Below are positions 1 to 14,198 of a stretch of DNA of 64,000 bases, piece by piece. Made by a program: the position numbers and the translations under genes. Under the pieces are notes generated by a model that saw nothing but the letters and a program-made list of their open reading frames with translations, was not told the DNA's origin and ran no database searches. Positions within the stretch are counted from its first letter, which is position 1. Each line of letters opens with the position of its first letter. Source of the stretch: Takakia lepidozioides. Taxonomy: Eukaryota; Plantae; Bryophyta. The stretch spans positions 53,444,001 to 53,508,000 of the forward strand of contig CM060733.1 of NCBI GenBank assembly GCA_030704615.1. The letters run 5' to 3'.

Positions 1-122
1 CGTTTGGGAATATCGGAGAAGGTGGGTGCCATTAGAACATCCAGGGTTTGAATTTTGATGCCACCAAATTGCTGTGTGTAGTTTGGGTTATTCTAAATGT
101 GCATAAGTTTTGGTGGTGTCAG

Positions 123-559
123 GGCTATGCGCATTTGAAAGGCAAAGTCACAGAGGTGGAGGTGTGGGGACTGGGTGGCGCTGCAGCTGACAAGGGACAG
201 GCTGTGTACCAGCACCGCGAAAACTTGTTCACTGAGCAGAGGCGAAAGGTTTACAACTTTGCATCTAACTCTTTGATGGACTGTTTTATTTGCTGCTGTT
301 GATGTATCATATGTTCCTTTTATCACGAAGCTCAGCGTGTTGCAATGGAGGGAGGAGAGTGGACCAAGCCTTACTGCGTATACGATTGACCCAATGTTCA
401 AAGCATTTCTTTGGAGCTTTTAAATATCTTAATAGTTACCTCTTTTTCCTGCCCTGACAGGTGGATTTGAAGAATTTTGGAAACTGGTCAGACTCCCCTG
501 AAAAGCTGATGTTGGATATGGTGTCGGACCCTGCCAAAGCTCCACGTGAGGAACGCTGA
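123..559 (+). CDS. Last two exons (123-248, 461-559) of a plant TLDc-domain protein; 5' part lies upstream of the window
   Basis: AG|GGC acceptor at 121-122, AAG|GT donor at 248/249, CAG|GTG acceptor at 460. The spliced peptide ...EVEVWGLGGAAADKGQAVYQHRENLFTEQRRK|VDLKNFGNWSDSPEKLMLDMVSDPAKAPREER* matches the recalled C-terminus of plant TLD-domain proteins. Confidence 0.8.
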
Positions 560-3490
560 TGGTACCCTTTTAGACATGTTCAAGACTGCCAGTGGCAAAT
601 GTGGCTTCCCTCTCCACTGTGCACCAATCCCTTTCTCCGCAGCAGCCAGACTGAGGGGACCCTTCTACAAGGGTAGCGGCTTCCACCCTCCCATATTCCC
701 TTTATATGGTACAAGTGCTGGATCTATGGCGACAAGGCTACCCCAAAAAGCATATTATAAGGTACTAGGCGAGTGTTTGTATCATAGTCTACTTAGGTTT
801 TCAGGTCCCAAAAGGGTTTAGAGTCCAGTTTGCTTCATGATGCTTGTTTGTGATTTCCTTGCATGCGATAGATTGTTTCCCTGCTGAACTAGTGTAACCA
901 TATTCTCACCCTTTGGTGAACCCGCATAACATGTAACTTCTAGCCCTTGGTGGGAACCATTGGGAAGCTAGCAGGCTACCAGATAGTACCTGCAGCAGGA
1001 GGTCCGTGTCTACTGCCAACATAGCAGTAGTAGATTTTAGTTGTACAAATGCAAAGAATAATGTGGCAGTACACATTTATTCTGTCATGCAAGTCATGCA
1101 CTAATATAACATCATGACATTCTGTTTAATCCTCTCATAGTGAGCTGTTAGTGTCTCTCCTCACTAAACAAATTTTCATTTTTTCTAACAAGTGGTGCTG
1201 ACATTGTCTTTCCATATCCTTTGTTTGGAAGGTTTTTGGTTGCTGTTATAGAAGCGGAATTTAACTGACACACACTGTTGAGGGAAGACCTTGGTAATGG
1301 ATGTCCCTATAAACTCGATCTCAGTAGGTTGAACCATGGAAATGCAAATGGACTCTGCAATTGAATCCTCAATTTAGCAAGTAAACCATGTCCACATGCC
1401 TTTCTCGAACTCAGTTTAACCTTCCAGCAAATTATCTTGAGAACATGATGCTACATATGGCTTAAAGCATGAACTATCTGGAATGCCCCCAAACTGTATC
1501 GATCAATCAGTAAATATCTGGACCACTTTCATGTCGCACTAACCTAAACAGATTCATTAGGAATACACGAGAAGTAGGAGAGTCGAGCGAACTGCCTTCT
1601 TGTCATCTCCGCTCCTCACACTCGATATCGTCCTGATAAAACCATGATATCCCCTACCAAATTCCAACCACCTCGTTCTTCAGCTGTGCTGGAAAGATAT
1701 TATTAAGCTCCTACAACAAAAGACGACCAAGCTGCCAAGTGATCTTCTGGATCTTTGGGCCAGTCCTGCACACCATATAATCTCAGGCACATCTTTTGAC
1801 ATCCCTGATTCAGCAGAGCCTGGAAGTCCATGACAGCATCTGCCAAGCAGAAAGCATAAAAGCGAGTTGTTCAACTGTCATAAATGTATAGGAATCCTGA
1901 TTGCAAGCTTCACGTGCACAGAGGACCAGACAGACCTGCCTGCCTCTCACAGCTTGACAGAAGTCATCCGGATCCAAAACGGATGGATGATATTCGTTTA
2001 ACGAACTACTAACCTGGGTGAAATAAGTCTCCCGACAAGATGAACTAACAGTGGATGGATGAGGTTACTTTATCATCCAGGGGCGAGCGGAGGAAACGGG
2101 TTGCCGCGCTTCTGTCACTCTTTCTGGCCAGATATTTCCGGCAACTGCGGGCCCGGCTATTACGTATCTGTGGGCCGCCTTTGCTCCGGACATGCAGCCT
2201 TCTCCTCCTCACATTGAGCCACAGATTGTGGAGCTTCAATTCACCGACCTCGAGCTCAGCGGTTGCGAGAAGGAGAGGATGGAGATGATGACAGCATCGG
2301 ATGAACGTGCACTTGATTTGTAAGCCCCTTGTAGAAATCGAATCATGTACTCGGTGTTATTACTATTTGCAGGCTTCAGAGTGCATGTAGGTCCTTGTAT
2401 AACGGTCGAGTTCGTAGTGGAAACACCTTTGGTGAGCTCAAGCGATTGCGGTACATTACATACCAGCGCTTACTAGACGGAGCATGAAGAGTCGCGGTAT
2501 TATATAGGTACTTTCGAAGAAGGCGTGTGTCGGGTGTCGAGTGTCGACAGATGGTGACCAAGAGAAGTAATTGGTATGCAAAACTTACTATGGTCCGGCT
2601 CTTGAGGGCCGTTGCTTTTCATTCGAGAAAATCTTCACTGCGAAAAAAATCGCCAAGTCAGACAAATCTGTCCACAAAACGACGATTCAGCTGGCAGAAA
2701 CTCTCACCCATGCTCAGACATCCAAGTAAATTTTGGCATATTGGGCTATATTTGGGTCTACTTGAGATCGTTCGATGTTGGGGAGTTTCACCACCGAACC
2801 ACGCGTGCGGCCTCATTACGACGAGGCCACACAAAATTCTGAGGCGGAGGAGCTACCTCTTTAGGAACTGTCACTACCTCTAATTCGATTCTTCATTGCC
2901 TCATGTAAATCTGCACATCTTGTAGTTACAGCATCATGCAGGCATCAGCCTGCCGATCTCAAATTGCAGAAATTTCGGAGACAGTTCATTGCTGCATTTG
3001 CCTACTCAGCTCTTCCAACTGCCAGAAATTATGAATTTCCACGGAAAGCAGTTTCAGTTTCGGCAATTTCGCTTGCTCCAACTTTCAACTCTAGACAACG
3101 GCTATAATAAGCTGTTGTGACCGAATTACCCTCCTTAGGTCAGTGGGCCCGAGGCTTTGAGATTCAAGGTATACTACAAATTCCGACTTATTATCCAGTT
3201 GACTCACCAATGTGGGCCCTTTGCGCCATGTTGCTCCTTTTTCTCAGAGGGCGATCGACGTCCATTTGTCTATCGGAATAACCAACCCATAGCCTCGCTC
3301 TCTTCCACTCAGCCAGCACGTGCACACCTGGCTCCCAGTTCTCAAATCTTCACTTGATTGCTGAAGCAAGCATCTCCCATTGGTGCTCCTGACCTTTCCA
3401 TGTCAGCAATCGTGTCCCCACAACCCTTGTCTTTCTTTTCTCACTCCTCAACTTGTCTCTCCAGCTACAGTCACCACTGCCCCCCACCAA

Positions 3491-3836
3491 ATCTTTCAAC
3501 TTTTACAGGGTAGCTAGCATGGAGGTTGCAATTCTTCACTACAGAACAAACCGGGAAGAAGAAGACGCACACTGGCAATCCGAAAGCTCCCATACATGAT
3601 GCGTGCATTGGACTCTCACAGTGAAACCTCATCAGAGAAGAAAACATAATCCCCCTTCATCATATCTTTCAACTTTTACAGGGTAGCTAGCATGGAGGTT
3701 GCAATTCTTCACTACAGAACAAACCGGGAAGAAGAAGACGCACACTGGCAATCCGAAAGCTCCCATACACGATGCGTGCATTGGACTCTCACAGTGAAAC
3801 CTCATCAGAGAAGAAAACATAACCCACCCCCATCAT
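3491..3836. repeat. Near-identical tandem duplication, 2 x 173 bp
   Basis: Unit starting ATCTTTCAACTTTTACAGGGTAGCTAGC occurs at 3491 and again at 3664. Confidence 0.95.
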
Positions 3837-4886
3837 ATACTCACTTCAAAGCCCCACAGAAACATTCATACATCAAATCCACTCCAAGAAACTTTCTGCT
3901 CCGATCAAAGCTCGATCAAAGCCAAAACAAGAGCGAGAAAAAAAGTTAGTAGATTGTGCGTCATCATGGGTTGTGAGTTTTCTTTTCTCCATCCTCCACT
4001 TTCTTGCAATCTCAGACTGTCTCTGCATGTAGGTATCTATTTGTTGGGGGCCCACAGGGTGAAGAAGCTTGCTTGGTTCGATGCAGCCTCTCACCACCAC
4101 TTTCAAGTTGCTACAACAAGTTGCAGATATGTGGTGGAAGGAACATCCGTGGTTTGTGTGGGAGAGGGCCCAGTGGCCCACCCTCCAATCATCTCTGCTG
4201 CACGGATCCCTGTGTCACCCTTGTGTGTGTGCTCCTCTTTGCTTATTATTTCTGCTGCCATTTCCCCTCAGACTCCGGAGTCAACTGAGTGTCCACACCA
4301 CTGTGTTGACATCCTTTCTTTCCCTTTCCTTTGCTTTCCTATTTTTATGTTGACATCACTGATTTTTGAAGAACTGATCCTCTTGAACTTGGGCCTCTTT
4401 TTCCATGATCTCCTAATATGATTTAAAAAGGGCCTTCTCTCTGTTAAAAAAAGAAACAAGGAAAGAAAAAGGGCCGCAAAAGCCAGCAATGTTTTGGACT
4501 AGTGTCATGTCCATGTGGAAAAAGCGGAATAATTTCATGTCCGGTTGCGACGGGCATTCTACAACAAACATTCGACATCTCTATGCGTGTAAAGTGGTGC
4601 TAAATGACTGACGTTGGAGCTACGGCAAATTGAATAAGGGGTCATTGGGCACTTGTGTGATCATAGGGCGAAAACTCGTTTGCTACTAGAAGAAGAAGCC
4701 TCCGCCCAAAGCCCCTAACTAAGAGCCACCCTTGCCGGCTAGTGCCCCCCTTTCGAGGTGGGCCCTATAAGATTTGCTACTAAGTTTATTGGAGCACATT
4801 GTGCATTACTGAGGTGATCTTAGGTTCGATCCTTCACCATGTGATCCACAAGATTGAGGAGGTGTCGAGAACTGAGCAATAGAGAT

Positions 4887-4990
4887 GAAGGGCTACTTTG
4901 GAAGGTGGACCCTGGACAACTTTGTGACACCAATTGGTGGGTTGAACCCACAACCACTTCCAAGGTGGTATATGCCTATTACCACTGGCA
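4887..4990 (-). repeat. tRNA-derived SINE-like fragment, related to the copy at 55785-55886
   Basis: Reverse complement aligns with 55788-55886, which carries A-box-like and B-box-like (GGTTCAAACC) motifs. Confidence 0.5.
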
Positions 4991-5564
4991 TTATATCTAC
5001 ATGGAGTACTGCTTGGGGATGTCTATGAATTTGTGAGCATCCCAACTTCTCGCCCGCACATTTGGTGCCGTAAGCCAAGCATCATTCAACGAAAAATAGT
5101 GAGTGAAATGAGTACGGGAGTGGTAGTGAGTGTTCGTAACAAGAGTCCCGTGCTAGATTTAGATTTAGACCCGGATTTGAGGAGTGCGGCGCCACGTTCC
5201 TGGGCCCACACCAGAATGTTCAATCCCCCAAGGACTCTTGTAAACCCGTCACATCTTCTGCTTCTTCAATCCCCAAACACAATCTCCGGGCCCTCGGGAT
5301 GGTCCTCCGAGGTAGCGTGCACCACGCAAAGATAGCAAACAAGCTTATTAGTGCTAAACGCATCCCATCGTCACCCATCCGACTATAACAAGCGGGTAAA
5401 CCAGATTCACACACTATGTAGCTTTACCGACATGGTCAGCATCAAGTTTGTTTCAAAGGGACCCATGGTCATGCGGGATTCATGCTACTACAGGCCTTAA
5501 TAATAATAATAATAAGCGTGTGATCGGACGGTATGGTTCCACGCCAAATTCTTGGGCCGAAATA

Positions 5565-5925
5565 CCCAAGAAAATTCATGTAACATGGTGCAACCCAAAA
5601 TTCAACATCAAACCATACCGCACGTGATTTTGTGATGGAATATTTATTTATAACATGTGACGCTGTAAGTCTGGGTGCGCTGGCCGTGCCTCTTCAATAA
5701 ACTTGGTGGGAGGTATGCTATGGTAGCGGATACTCACTGGATTCTCTCGAGCCGAAATATCCACAAAAATTCATGTAAGATGGTGCCGCCCACATGTAAG
5801 AAAATTCAACAACAACCGACACGACACTGCACATGATTGTTGATTAGTGCATAAGAACATGCGACGCTATAACTTAAGTGTGGGTGCACTGGCCGTGCCT
5901 CTTAAATAAACTTGGTAGGAGGTTC
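5565..5925. repeat. Degenerate tandem repeat, ~2 x 200 bp
   Basis: AAAATTCATGTAA...TGGCCGTGCCTCTT.AATAAACTTGGT.GGAGG occurs twice. Confidence 0.7.
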
Positions 5926-6953
5926 CTTCCGATCCCTTTTTCCGAAAAATATGCACAATACGTATTCAACAACAACCTTATCCCACAAATACATTCCACA
6001 CCCAGATGCCTCCCATGCAAATAGATGCAGGGTCTACAAAAGTAAAGTGGGGGACCACAGGGACCACAGAGAGAAAGAGTGTGTGTGGCAGGGATGGTCC
6101 TCTGCTGGGCCTGCGGGACCACTGCCATGAATGACATGGCGCTACAGTGGGGCAGGGCAGGCGTTTGAGTGGGCGGGATGATGAGTCCATGGCTTCATCG
6201 TCTGCCCAGGCTCTGCCAAGTAGATTCAGACTTTGACTAGTGCCAGGGATGCCACGCTTGCTGAGCTCGGATTGCGAGCACAAAGCAGGCATTGGGTGGA
6301 GAAGATGGAGGCTTGAGCACCATTGGGTGGCTTGGAAGACGGAGAGAGGTCAAGCAGAGGTGGCATGGTGGTGATTGGGCTTTTGGGTACCTTTGGGGAG
6401 GGGGGAATATTTGTGGGGAAACTGTAGTAAGCTTAGAAGTAGCCTGCCCCCCCTCCCTCGGACCTGTTTAGTCTCGGCCTCCAGGCTTGCTTTTCATACC
6501 TCTTCTTTCCCATTCCTTGGTCATGGAGGAGTGAAGGGAGCACCTTGGCCTGCTTCCTCCTCTTCTCTCTCTTCCCTCCCCTCTATCCTCCCCCGTCCCT
6601 TCTTGCCCTTCTCTCTGTCCCTTCCCCTCTCTTTTGGGGACAACCCAATTGCTTGCCAGCAAGGTTGTGGAGACATTTCGTTTCGGACAAGTTCTTCCTT
6701 CCCTTCCAGTTCTTAACTTGCTTGCCTCTCTTTCTCCCTTCCTCTTCTGAGAGAGATGCTTGATTTGAGTCTCCTACAGAGAACACCGTAGAATTGTCTT
6801 GCTCTCCTTTCTACTCTCCTTGTGGCAACTATCACTGTACTGAATTGCCCTCCTCTGCACTTTCGTGCAATTCTTATCCCTCCTCCCTTCAAACGTTTTC
6901 CGAATATTGGCAGTTATAGGGAGCCAGAGACATAGGGAGAGAGAATTCCGGCA

Positions 6954-8992
6954 ATGGCCATAGCCGCTGTGGCGTTGTCAGGGCTATGGCGGAAGCCAAC
7001 TTTTTCCGAGGGTGTTCTCTCTCCCGCTCAAGCTCCTGGAGGCTTTGAAGGCAGGCTACACCAGAATACCCACGCACAGCATACTGATTGTCCAGTCCAG
7101 CAGAATCCGCGCCGACCTGCTGGACAGATAGCTTCGGGGGATGCAGCGTCCCCCTGGCTAAAGCGACGAGGGAGGCGTCGAAGGGGTCCTAGGAAATGGC
7201 ATGAAAAGCGAGTGGACTCGGAATTCGATATGGTGATAGTGCCATCGGATGGCATCTCCATGTCAGGGTCAGATTCAGAGGACTCTGACTGGTCGGTGGG
7301 ATGGTTTGAGCCTCATCACTCGGATTTCACAGAGAATGAGCTGGAGGATAGTTTTGCGGTTCTTGTTCCATGCTATGGTTCTCCCTCCCCTCCGATTGCA
7401 GGGGCGCCACAGCGCTTCCCCTTCCAATCGGAGGAGCCCAAGGCACCTGTATGGGCGAACGTTCTTGCCAATCTCTCGAGGCAAACAAGTGAAGGTGTGA
7501 CGTTCTGTCCAGTTCCAGTGTTCACTCTCCATGGTGTATGCTTTCTTGCGTCTTACTCAAGTTCTCCTAGTTGTTCTTAGTTTAGTTGTAGCATCCGCTT
7601 GCTGTCCAATTTCCGTTCTTTCGACTGACTCAATTTTTCTGTGGCTGAGCTTGCAAGCGGCAGTAGAATTGTGCAATACTGCTAAATGTCTTATGCCTCT
7701 ATGGTGCCTCCTAGTCACAGTTGATCTCGTGCCAGAGAAAATACCGTGGTATGCTTTGAAGCTCCGAATAGTTTCAAACACAGTAGGCCTAAATCTTGTT
7801 GGAGGTGCAGTCTTGAGTTTAGGAAGGGGCGTATGCAAACTGGAAGGGTTTTCGTTCGTGAGGACGTCTGATGCATATAGAAGCATCTCCCTGCCGCCGT
7901 CGTTTGGTATGAATGTGGGTAGAAGTCCTGCAGTGAGCGTTGGTAGCTAGACAACATTCTTGAACTATGGGTCCTCACGCGCTACATTTGTGGTGTGGGA
8001 GCCATATGTATTCCGCCGGACCTATTGGCCCAATCTCTGCTGGGGGACAATCAGTACAAATTTGAAATGTTGCAAAGGAAGGCAAATGCCTGATATGCTT
8101 GTAAACTACTGATCTCTGTTCATTACTGCACTTGCTCATAGACATGACCTACAGTCAGGAAACAAAAGCTCGGACCCTAGACAGACATACTATTGTGATT
8201 CTTGTTATGTTTTTTGTGTTTTGACAAGGTTGAGATTACGGCTGCATGTGGTTTACACAATGAAAAGTTCGAGTGACAGAGCAAAGTTTTACCAGAACCT
8301 GGTTTTGCAATTCCAATAGAATCCTTCCAATCATGATTGTAGGACACAAGATGTGTGCTTTGTTGGCACACTTTCAGTTGTCCAAAGGAATGCAAGGTGT
8401 TAGGGGAACAATGTCACAGGTTGGCTCTTTCCTCAAGTGGATAGCCCACAGGGCCCTACACCAGTGGGTTCTACTTTTGTGCTACACTTCCCTTTCTGAG
8501 TAATTGAGCTAGCATTCAGCTCTTAGATCAGCTGTTTGTATGCCATTCAGTTCGTAAAAGGTTGTAAGAGTAGGGATTGTTGTGGATGGACATGCTCAGC
8601 TGTCCATCCAGCACCCCAGAAGTGTATAGGTTGTGGGCTATTGGCTGCTCTTAGTGTCACATTGTAGGTGGTGTTGTTTCCTACGACTTTCTGGGTAGCT
8701 TGCAGGAAAATTCTTTACTTCCTTCTGGTCGTCTGAATGGTTGCTGAATCAATTGGAAAGTTGACTGCTTTTCCACCCACTTTTTGATCTCTCACTCCTT
8801 TTTTTAGCTCGTTCCTCGTTCCTTTGCTTCTCCCATGGTGCAAACAGTTATAATGATTGTTCTTTCAAATCTGCGTCTTTCACGCAACTAACGACATGAT
8901 TTATGCTGAAGACCTGACTGACCTCTGAAATTTTGTTTTCCCTCTTCTCAGAGCACCAGCAGCATTTGGAACGGTGGCTGGCAGGTCTATGA
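6954..8992 (+). CDS. Conserved uncharacterised plant protein, two exons (6954-7494, 8952-8992)
   Basis: Family-like motif SDSEDSDWSVGWFEPH...FAVLVPCYG. Phase-1 donor G|GTGTGA at 7494/7495 and acceptor TTCTCAG at 8951 give the C-terminus EHQQHLERWLAGL*. Confidence 0.8.
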
Positions 8993-11375
8993 GGCTGGAG
9001 CTTGACTTGGACAACATATCTGGGAGCTGCTCAATGATGAAGAAAGAGGGAGGTGGGGGGGGGCCTGAGCTGAGCAGTCCCTTGAATCAATGTGAGGCCC
9101 TCCATTGTACATTGGCACCTGGACAGAAACAAAGTCCACTGAAAGAGGCAGAAGAGGTGAAGGAAGAGAAAGGGCAGAGTCACCATTAGGGGTTGTAGCT
9201 GGCCCTTTCTAGATGATAATTTTAAGTTGCAGGCTTTGGGGGGGGATTACAGAATTGCAGATTCAAGGCCCCATTGGCTTCGTCTGTGTAGACACGAAAT
9301 TGTAACTAGTTGAGTTATTAGTGAGCACAATGACCTGTGGCGCTAGCTTGTCAGCACGCACAGTTAGTGCTCAACTAGTCACTAATCTACTAACTATTGA
9401 CAGCTAGAGTCTGCTAAGTGACAGTGGAGTGTTTGGTATATAGAGGTTAACCATTCAGTTATAGACAGGCCCAAGGTGGTAGAAAATTGCCCCAGCTTCA
9501 TACCGAGTTGCCTTGATTTTAACATTGAGGTTTCTACACAGTAACTGCTTCAAGGTATCTTTCCTCTGGTGGCATGATTCGCTGCAAGAGAAAAGTGGGA
9601 AGACTGTTACTGTGTGCAGTTCAATGTGCAAATCAGAAGGGTCGATGCACTCGATTAGTGTGTTTGCTGATTCAGACTAGTTTTTTCCATTGAGTCTCAA
9701 TTTCAATGAATTTGCAGACTTGTGGTTCCATGGTGGGCAAGCTTGTGTGGGTTTTTAGTGTGGGTTGCTAGTGCACTTTCCACCGAAGATTGAAAACTGT
9801 ATATTATGACTTGCCATCTGTTTGGCACCAGAATCAAGTGTGTATATTACGAGCCACAAGTTGTGTCTTTGGTGTATCCTCTCTTCAACTTCTTGTGCAT
9901 TTGACTATTCTTGTCCACGACATCCGATATCTGCTGGTAGAAGTTGATTGGTCGATCCTTTGGTGCACTTTCTGGGTTCCACGAGGTTGTTAGATGCTAT
10001 CTCTGTTTTCCCGTCACTTGAACTTTGTTCTGGGGGTTCTCTAACTTGAAAAGACTAAGTTTCATTGGTGGCTCACTATATCAAATAAGCCAAGGCCAGA
10101 TTGCTGTCAGCTGTTTTGCAAGTAATCATGTTTACGGGTCTAGACTGACAACCTACAACCTGGTCTGGGAGGCTAGCGCCCATCAAGTACGCCCTGAAGC
10201 ATATATCATAACCATTGTTTGCAGGGAAAACAATGGTCCATAGGTACAATATCCGTATGACCCTCCCCCGAAACTCCTGTCACCCTCAGGATATATCATA
10301 TCCATTATTTGCATGGAATGGTCCATAGGTGAATATCTGTGTGCCTCTCCTTTGAAACTCCTGTCACCCTCACGCCTGCAACCCTCCATCTGTTTACTGG
10401 ATGGAACTCCAGTGCACTGGCCTCAGACTCATTTGACATGGGAAGAGAGGGTCTTCCATCACTTAGTCTTCAATGCAAATTGACATTCAGCACGGTTGCA
10501 ACTCTATCAGTAGTGCTCCAGTGTCTGCACTGGCCTTTGTTGGATGCCTTAGCTGTGTCAGCTCTTATATAAAAGGGCACAATTCGACATCCAATATAGA
10601 ATCCCTCTTCAGAACAGGGTCTATGAAATTGAATGGCTTTGGAGTCTGAAGTGTTTGCTTAGAGTCTCCAACCTTCAGTCGAACTAGAATATAGAGGGAG
10701 GGCTTAAAAGTTTCAGGCTTACTTTGGTGGGCTCTACCTACATGCAGCCCCCAAATTGGAATTATAACCATGAGTATGTAAGTTAACCCTTAATTTTTGG
10801 AAAACCGCAAAAACCTACAGCCGCAGAAAGGTGAATAATGTCTTTGAAATTCAGATCCATGAAATAGTGACTGTATTAAAGGTAGCTCACCTTGGTAATC
10901 TGCCACCTCAAAAAATAACAGAAGTTTGAACCAGCCGAGTTGAGATATTATAACAATTGATCAGTGGAGGACAAGTAAAGTTCTCTACAGTTTTTGGGGT
11001 CAGAACTTCTGATGGTCTTATCAATTTTCCTGAAGTACAAAGTCTTAACCCTTAAAGGACGAGCTATTTTTTGGTCGGCCCACTAAAAAAGGGTGCATGA
11101 TAGATAATTTTGAAAAATGGGGCCTTGGGATCATTGACCCTGCTTCGCAGATAACCGCCTTGTTCAGCCCTCCTTGAGGTGGATTGTGCAGGGCAAAGGC
11201 CACTCGACTCCAGTAGGGTCTAGGCCTTGGAGATCAAGTTGGAATGCGTGTAACCTTCTTAGGCCATCCCTCACGTAGAAGATGTCGTCCAGCTTTGAAG
11301 AAGCTATATGCCAGCCCATCTTTGGCAACTATAACATTGATTCAAATCTGTTGTTGCCCCTGGTCCTTAAATGGG

Positions 11376-11460
11376 CAGCATAGCTATGGCGTGAGCCTAG
11401 CCCCGTGAGCCTGTGAGCTGGGCTCACGCTTTGCCCACTAAGCGTGAGCACAGGGTGGTG
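11376..11460 (+). repeat. Orphan terminus of the GTGAGC-type TIR family
   Basis: CAGCATAGCTATGGCGTGAGC followed by clustered GTGAGC. Same length and layout as the termini at 25046, 27239 and 34134. Confidence 0.5.
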
Positions 11461-12159
11461 AAGCAGGAGACGGAGACCCTATAGCCGAAGGAAAGATAAG
11501 GAGGGCCTATTATCGTGAGAAAATGACTAGTAGGAGCATAAACAAATACAAAAAAACCATGTAATGTGCATATGTAGACTGCCTTTCCAATTCGGATCCC
11601 CCGATCTGGTCATTAATTCATTTGTATCAGAACCCTTCCCTCCGACCCGTCACCTAAGAAAATTGCGATATCTTATCTGCTATATCGCACAATGTCGTCG
11701 GTGATAGCAACATACAAGTCACGACCTGATTTCTTAGATTGTTGGAACCATGCATTGTGAACTGTTTTTGTCAAAATTTCATAATGACATATCTACAACG
11801 TCCTCAAGGAACATGTCCTGCAACACAAAGACGGCACAAAGACGATCATGACATTATTCTGTGTTGTAGACAACATCACACTATCATAAAAGGTAGGGAA
11901 AATATCATGATCGTTAACGATCGTGACATTTGCCTCCATCTCGAGCCTATATATATATATGTGAATGTTCGATATGTGAATGTCATGAGCGTTGACGATA
12001 ACTAGCTATATACAATAAGCAGCTCCGCCACGAGAGGCTCTATCCTAAAATTGTGTCTTATGTAAAATCTTACAAAAAAAAAGTGTGTGAAATCCTACAA
12101 AGAAAAAGAGTAGTCGTCATTGTTAAGATTGATCATGTCTAGATAAATAAAGATGTTAA

Positions 12160-12850
12160 CGGTTCAATGATATATATCGGAAGTGTGTTTGGTAGTTTGA
12201 ATGCAATATAAATTGGTTTGTGGAAATCTGGCCAATATGTTTCTGTCACATCAGATTCACATTCATTTCCAGGGACATTTGCCTATATATGGTCTAGTTG
12301 AGATCCGACTTTTGTGGTGCTTCCACTAAAGTGCGACTTTAATTTGAATTTATCCATGAAATCCAACAGTTGTTGTTTGTTTTTTGCATGGTTATTGTCT
12401 TCTAAAATGTCAACATTAAAATCCCCCAAAATGATAATTGGACAATATTTGGGCAAATTTTGTATTAGAGCTTCAAGTTTGTTTAGGAACGTAGAAACTG
12501 TGCATGAATGAGCTCTATAAACACATACAATATGTTTTGCTTTTCGTGTATTGGTATTGAATGTGGCTGCTATGAATTCTGAGCCATTACTAGTTGTTGT
12601 ATTGAAAAAGTTTAAGTTCATATGTATGTCATACATCATCATTAACCCATGACCGTCATGGATTGAAACATATGAATACTTGGATGAATCTATGAATTTG
12701 TGCACATCGGTTGAGGAGTGGTGTATTCTTGTTTCCATAAGACATAAGATGTGAGACATTTGGAGGTTATGATCATTGGTTAATGTCTTCATAATGTTGT
12801 CGTAAAGAAGTTGTATCTAAGGCTTGTATAATTACAGGAGAATGATGCAA
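12160..12850 (-). pseudogene. EEP (APE-like) endonuclease domain of the Helentron polyprotein
   Basis: ILCLMETRI, IVCVYR, IIILGDFNVDIL, TTKVGSQLDHI, DFHKPIY motifs; stop codons present. Confidence 0.8.
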
Positions 12851-13190
12851 AGTTTTTAATTGAGGAATATATGGTTTCCAAGTTGCAGTTGTTTTTAATC
12901 TTTTCATTTCTGTATGTACCATTGGATCCACATAGAAGTTTTCATGTTGGAGAGGAGCCAACAAAAACAGTTTTTCTTTTGTTCGAATGCGAGATAAAGT
13001 TGTATATGTTAGACCATGTTTTCTGACATTGGTAGGATCAAAGACTAGTTCATCCAGTGACAATCCTTGCGAGCGATGGATTGTTCTTGCTGCTGCAAGT
13101 TGAATTGGAAACTGTATTCTTATAATGGTATGTGATTGCGTTTTACCGACTATTATATCTTTGATAATAGATTCAATTGGTACCCAGCCT
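12850..13190 (-). pseudogene. PIF1-type SF1 helicase C-terminal part
   Basis: IQFPIQLAAARTIHRSQGLSLD and HGLTYTTLSRIR correspond to helicase motifs V and VI. Confidence 0.85.
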
Positions 13191-13546
13191 TAACCTAGAC
13201 CTTCTGGATTGAAACTTTAGCGGCTTTGAAGTTTGCAAAAAAAGTTTGAAATATTGGTCGAAAAATCACCGGATTTGTGGAGCAACTCCCATTGTGCTAT
13301 TTGTTGATATAAAAAACTTCCAGAAATTAGTCGAGGATGGCCATAAAATAATGTTGGAAACTTTAGTTCTTCCGAGTGCTTGTCTTTAAATAAACCTAAG
13401 GGATGAAAATTTTGACTTGGAGCAACAGAATATACATCATTTTTGGAGCGTCTAAAAAATTATGTATCATGAAGTCGGTTGGTGTACAATTTCTTCATCG
13501 TTGTCAGAATCGGAATTATCAGATGTTGAACTATGAGTTTGAGATT

Positions 13547-14198
13547 TGTCACGGACATAGCCCAGAAGAACTTACCAAGAGTAAATACCAGAAGTTACCA
13601 AGTTACCACGTTATCCGAAGTTACCATGACTTACTGTGATTTATCATGATCTACCATGATTTACCATTATTTATTAAGTTACCGGGAGTTTATCAAATTA
13701 CCAAGAGTAACTTGGAAAACTACTCAGGAAGCTTCCTTTTGATGAAACTTCTCCATCAAGATACCTCCTTTGCTTAAGGAAGCTTCTCCATCAAGAAACC
13801 TTTGTTTAATCTTGGAAACTTCTCCAGCAAGAAACCTCCATAGGGGAAGCTTCTTGGGGAAGCTTCTTAGTAGCCAGTATATATAGGAGGCGAGACTGGA
13901 CACTCTTCAGTCTTGCCAACACCAGTTCAAGCTACTCTTGTTTCCAGTTCCCAGTACTTCAGTCCAGTTCCCAGTACTCTAGCCCAGTTTCCAGTATCTG
14001 GTACTCCAGTCCAGTTTCCAGCATTCCAATATTCAAGTCGTGTTCCAATATCTTGTACTTTTGTTCATTGTTATAAAGATCGTCTTGATTCATATTTACT
14101 CATCGTGCATTCGGCCACGCCGACCTTGACTTCTTGTCTAGCCTTGTACCTCTAGTCTTATCTCTTGTTTGTGTTCAGTCATGTTCTCGTCCTTGATA
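13547..14198 (+). repeat. 5' LTR
   Basis: TGTCACGG...CCTTGATA; TATA at ~13878; about 30 mismatches to the 3' LTR by manual count (~95% identity). Confidence 0.95.

Noticed and set aside
1400-4680. Decayed transposon or gene
   Set aside because: Only short ORFs with no identifiable domain or termini.
4790-4840. Isolated GGTTCGATCC B box
   Set aside because: No clear A box or second copy in the window.
10783-11060. piggyBac-like TTAACCCTT ends
   Set aside because: Both copies are in the same orientation and no inverted partner was found.
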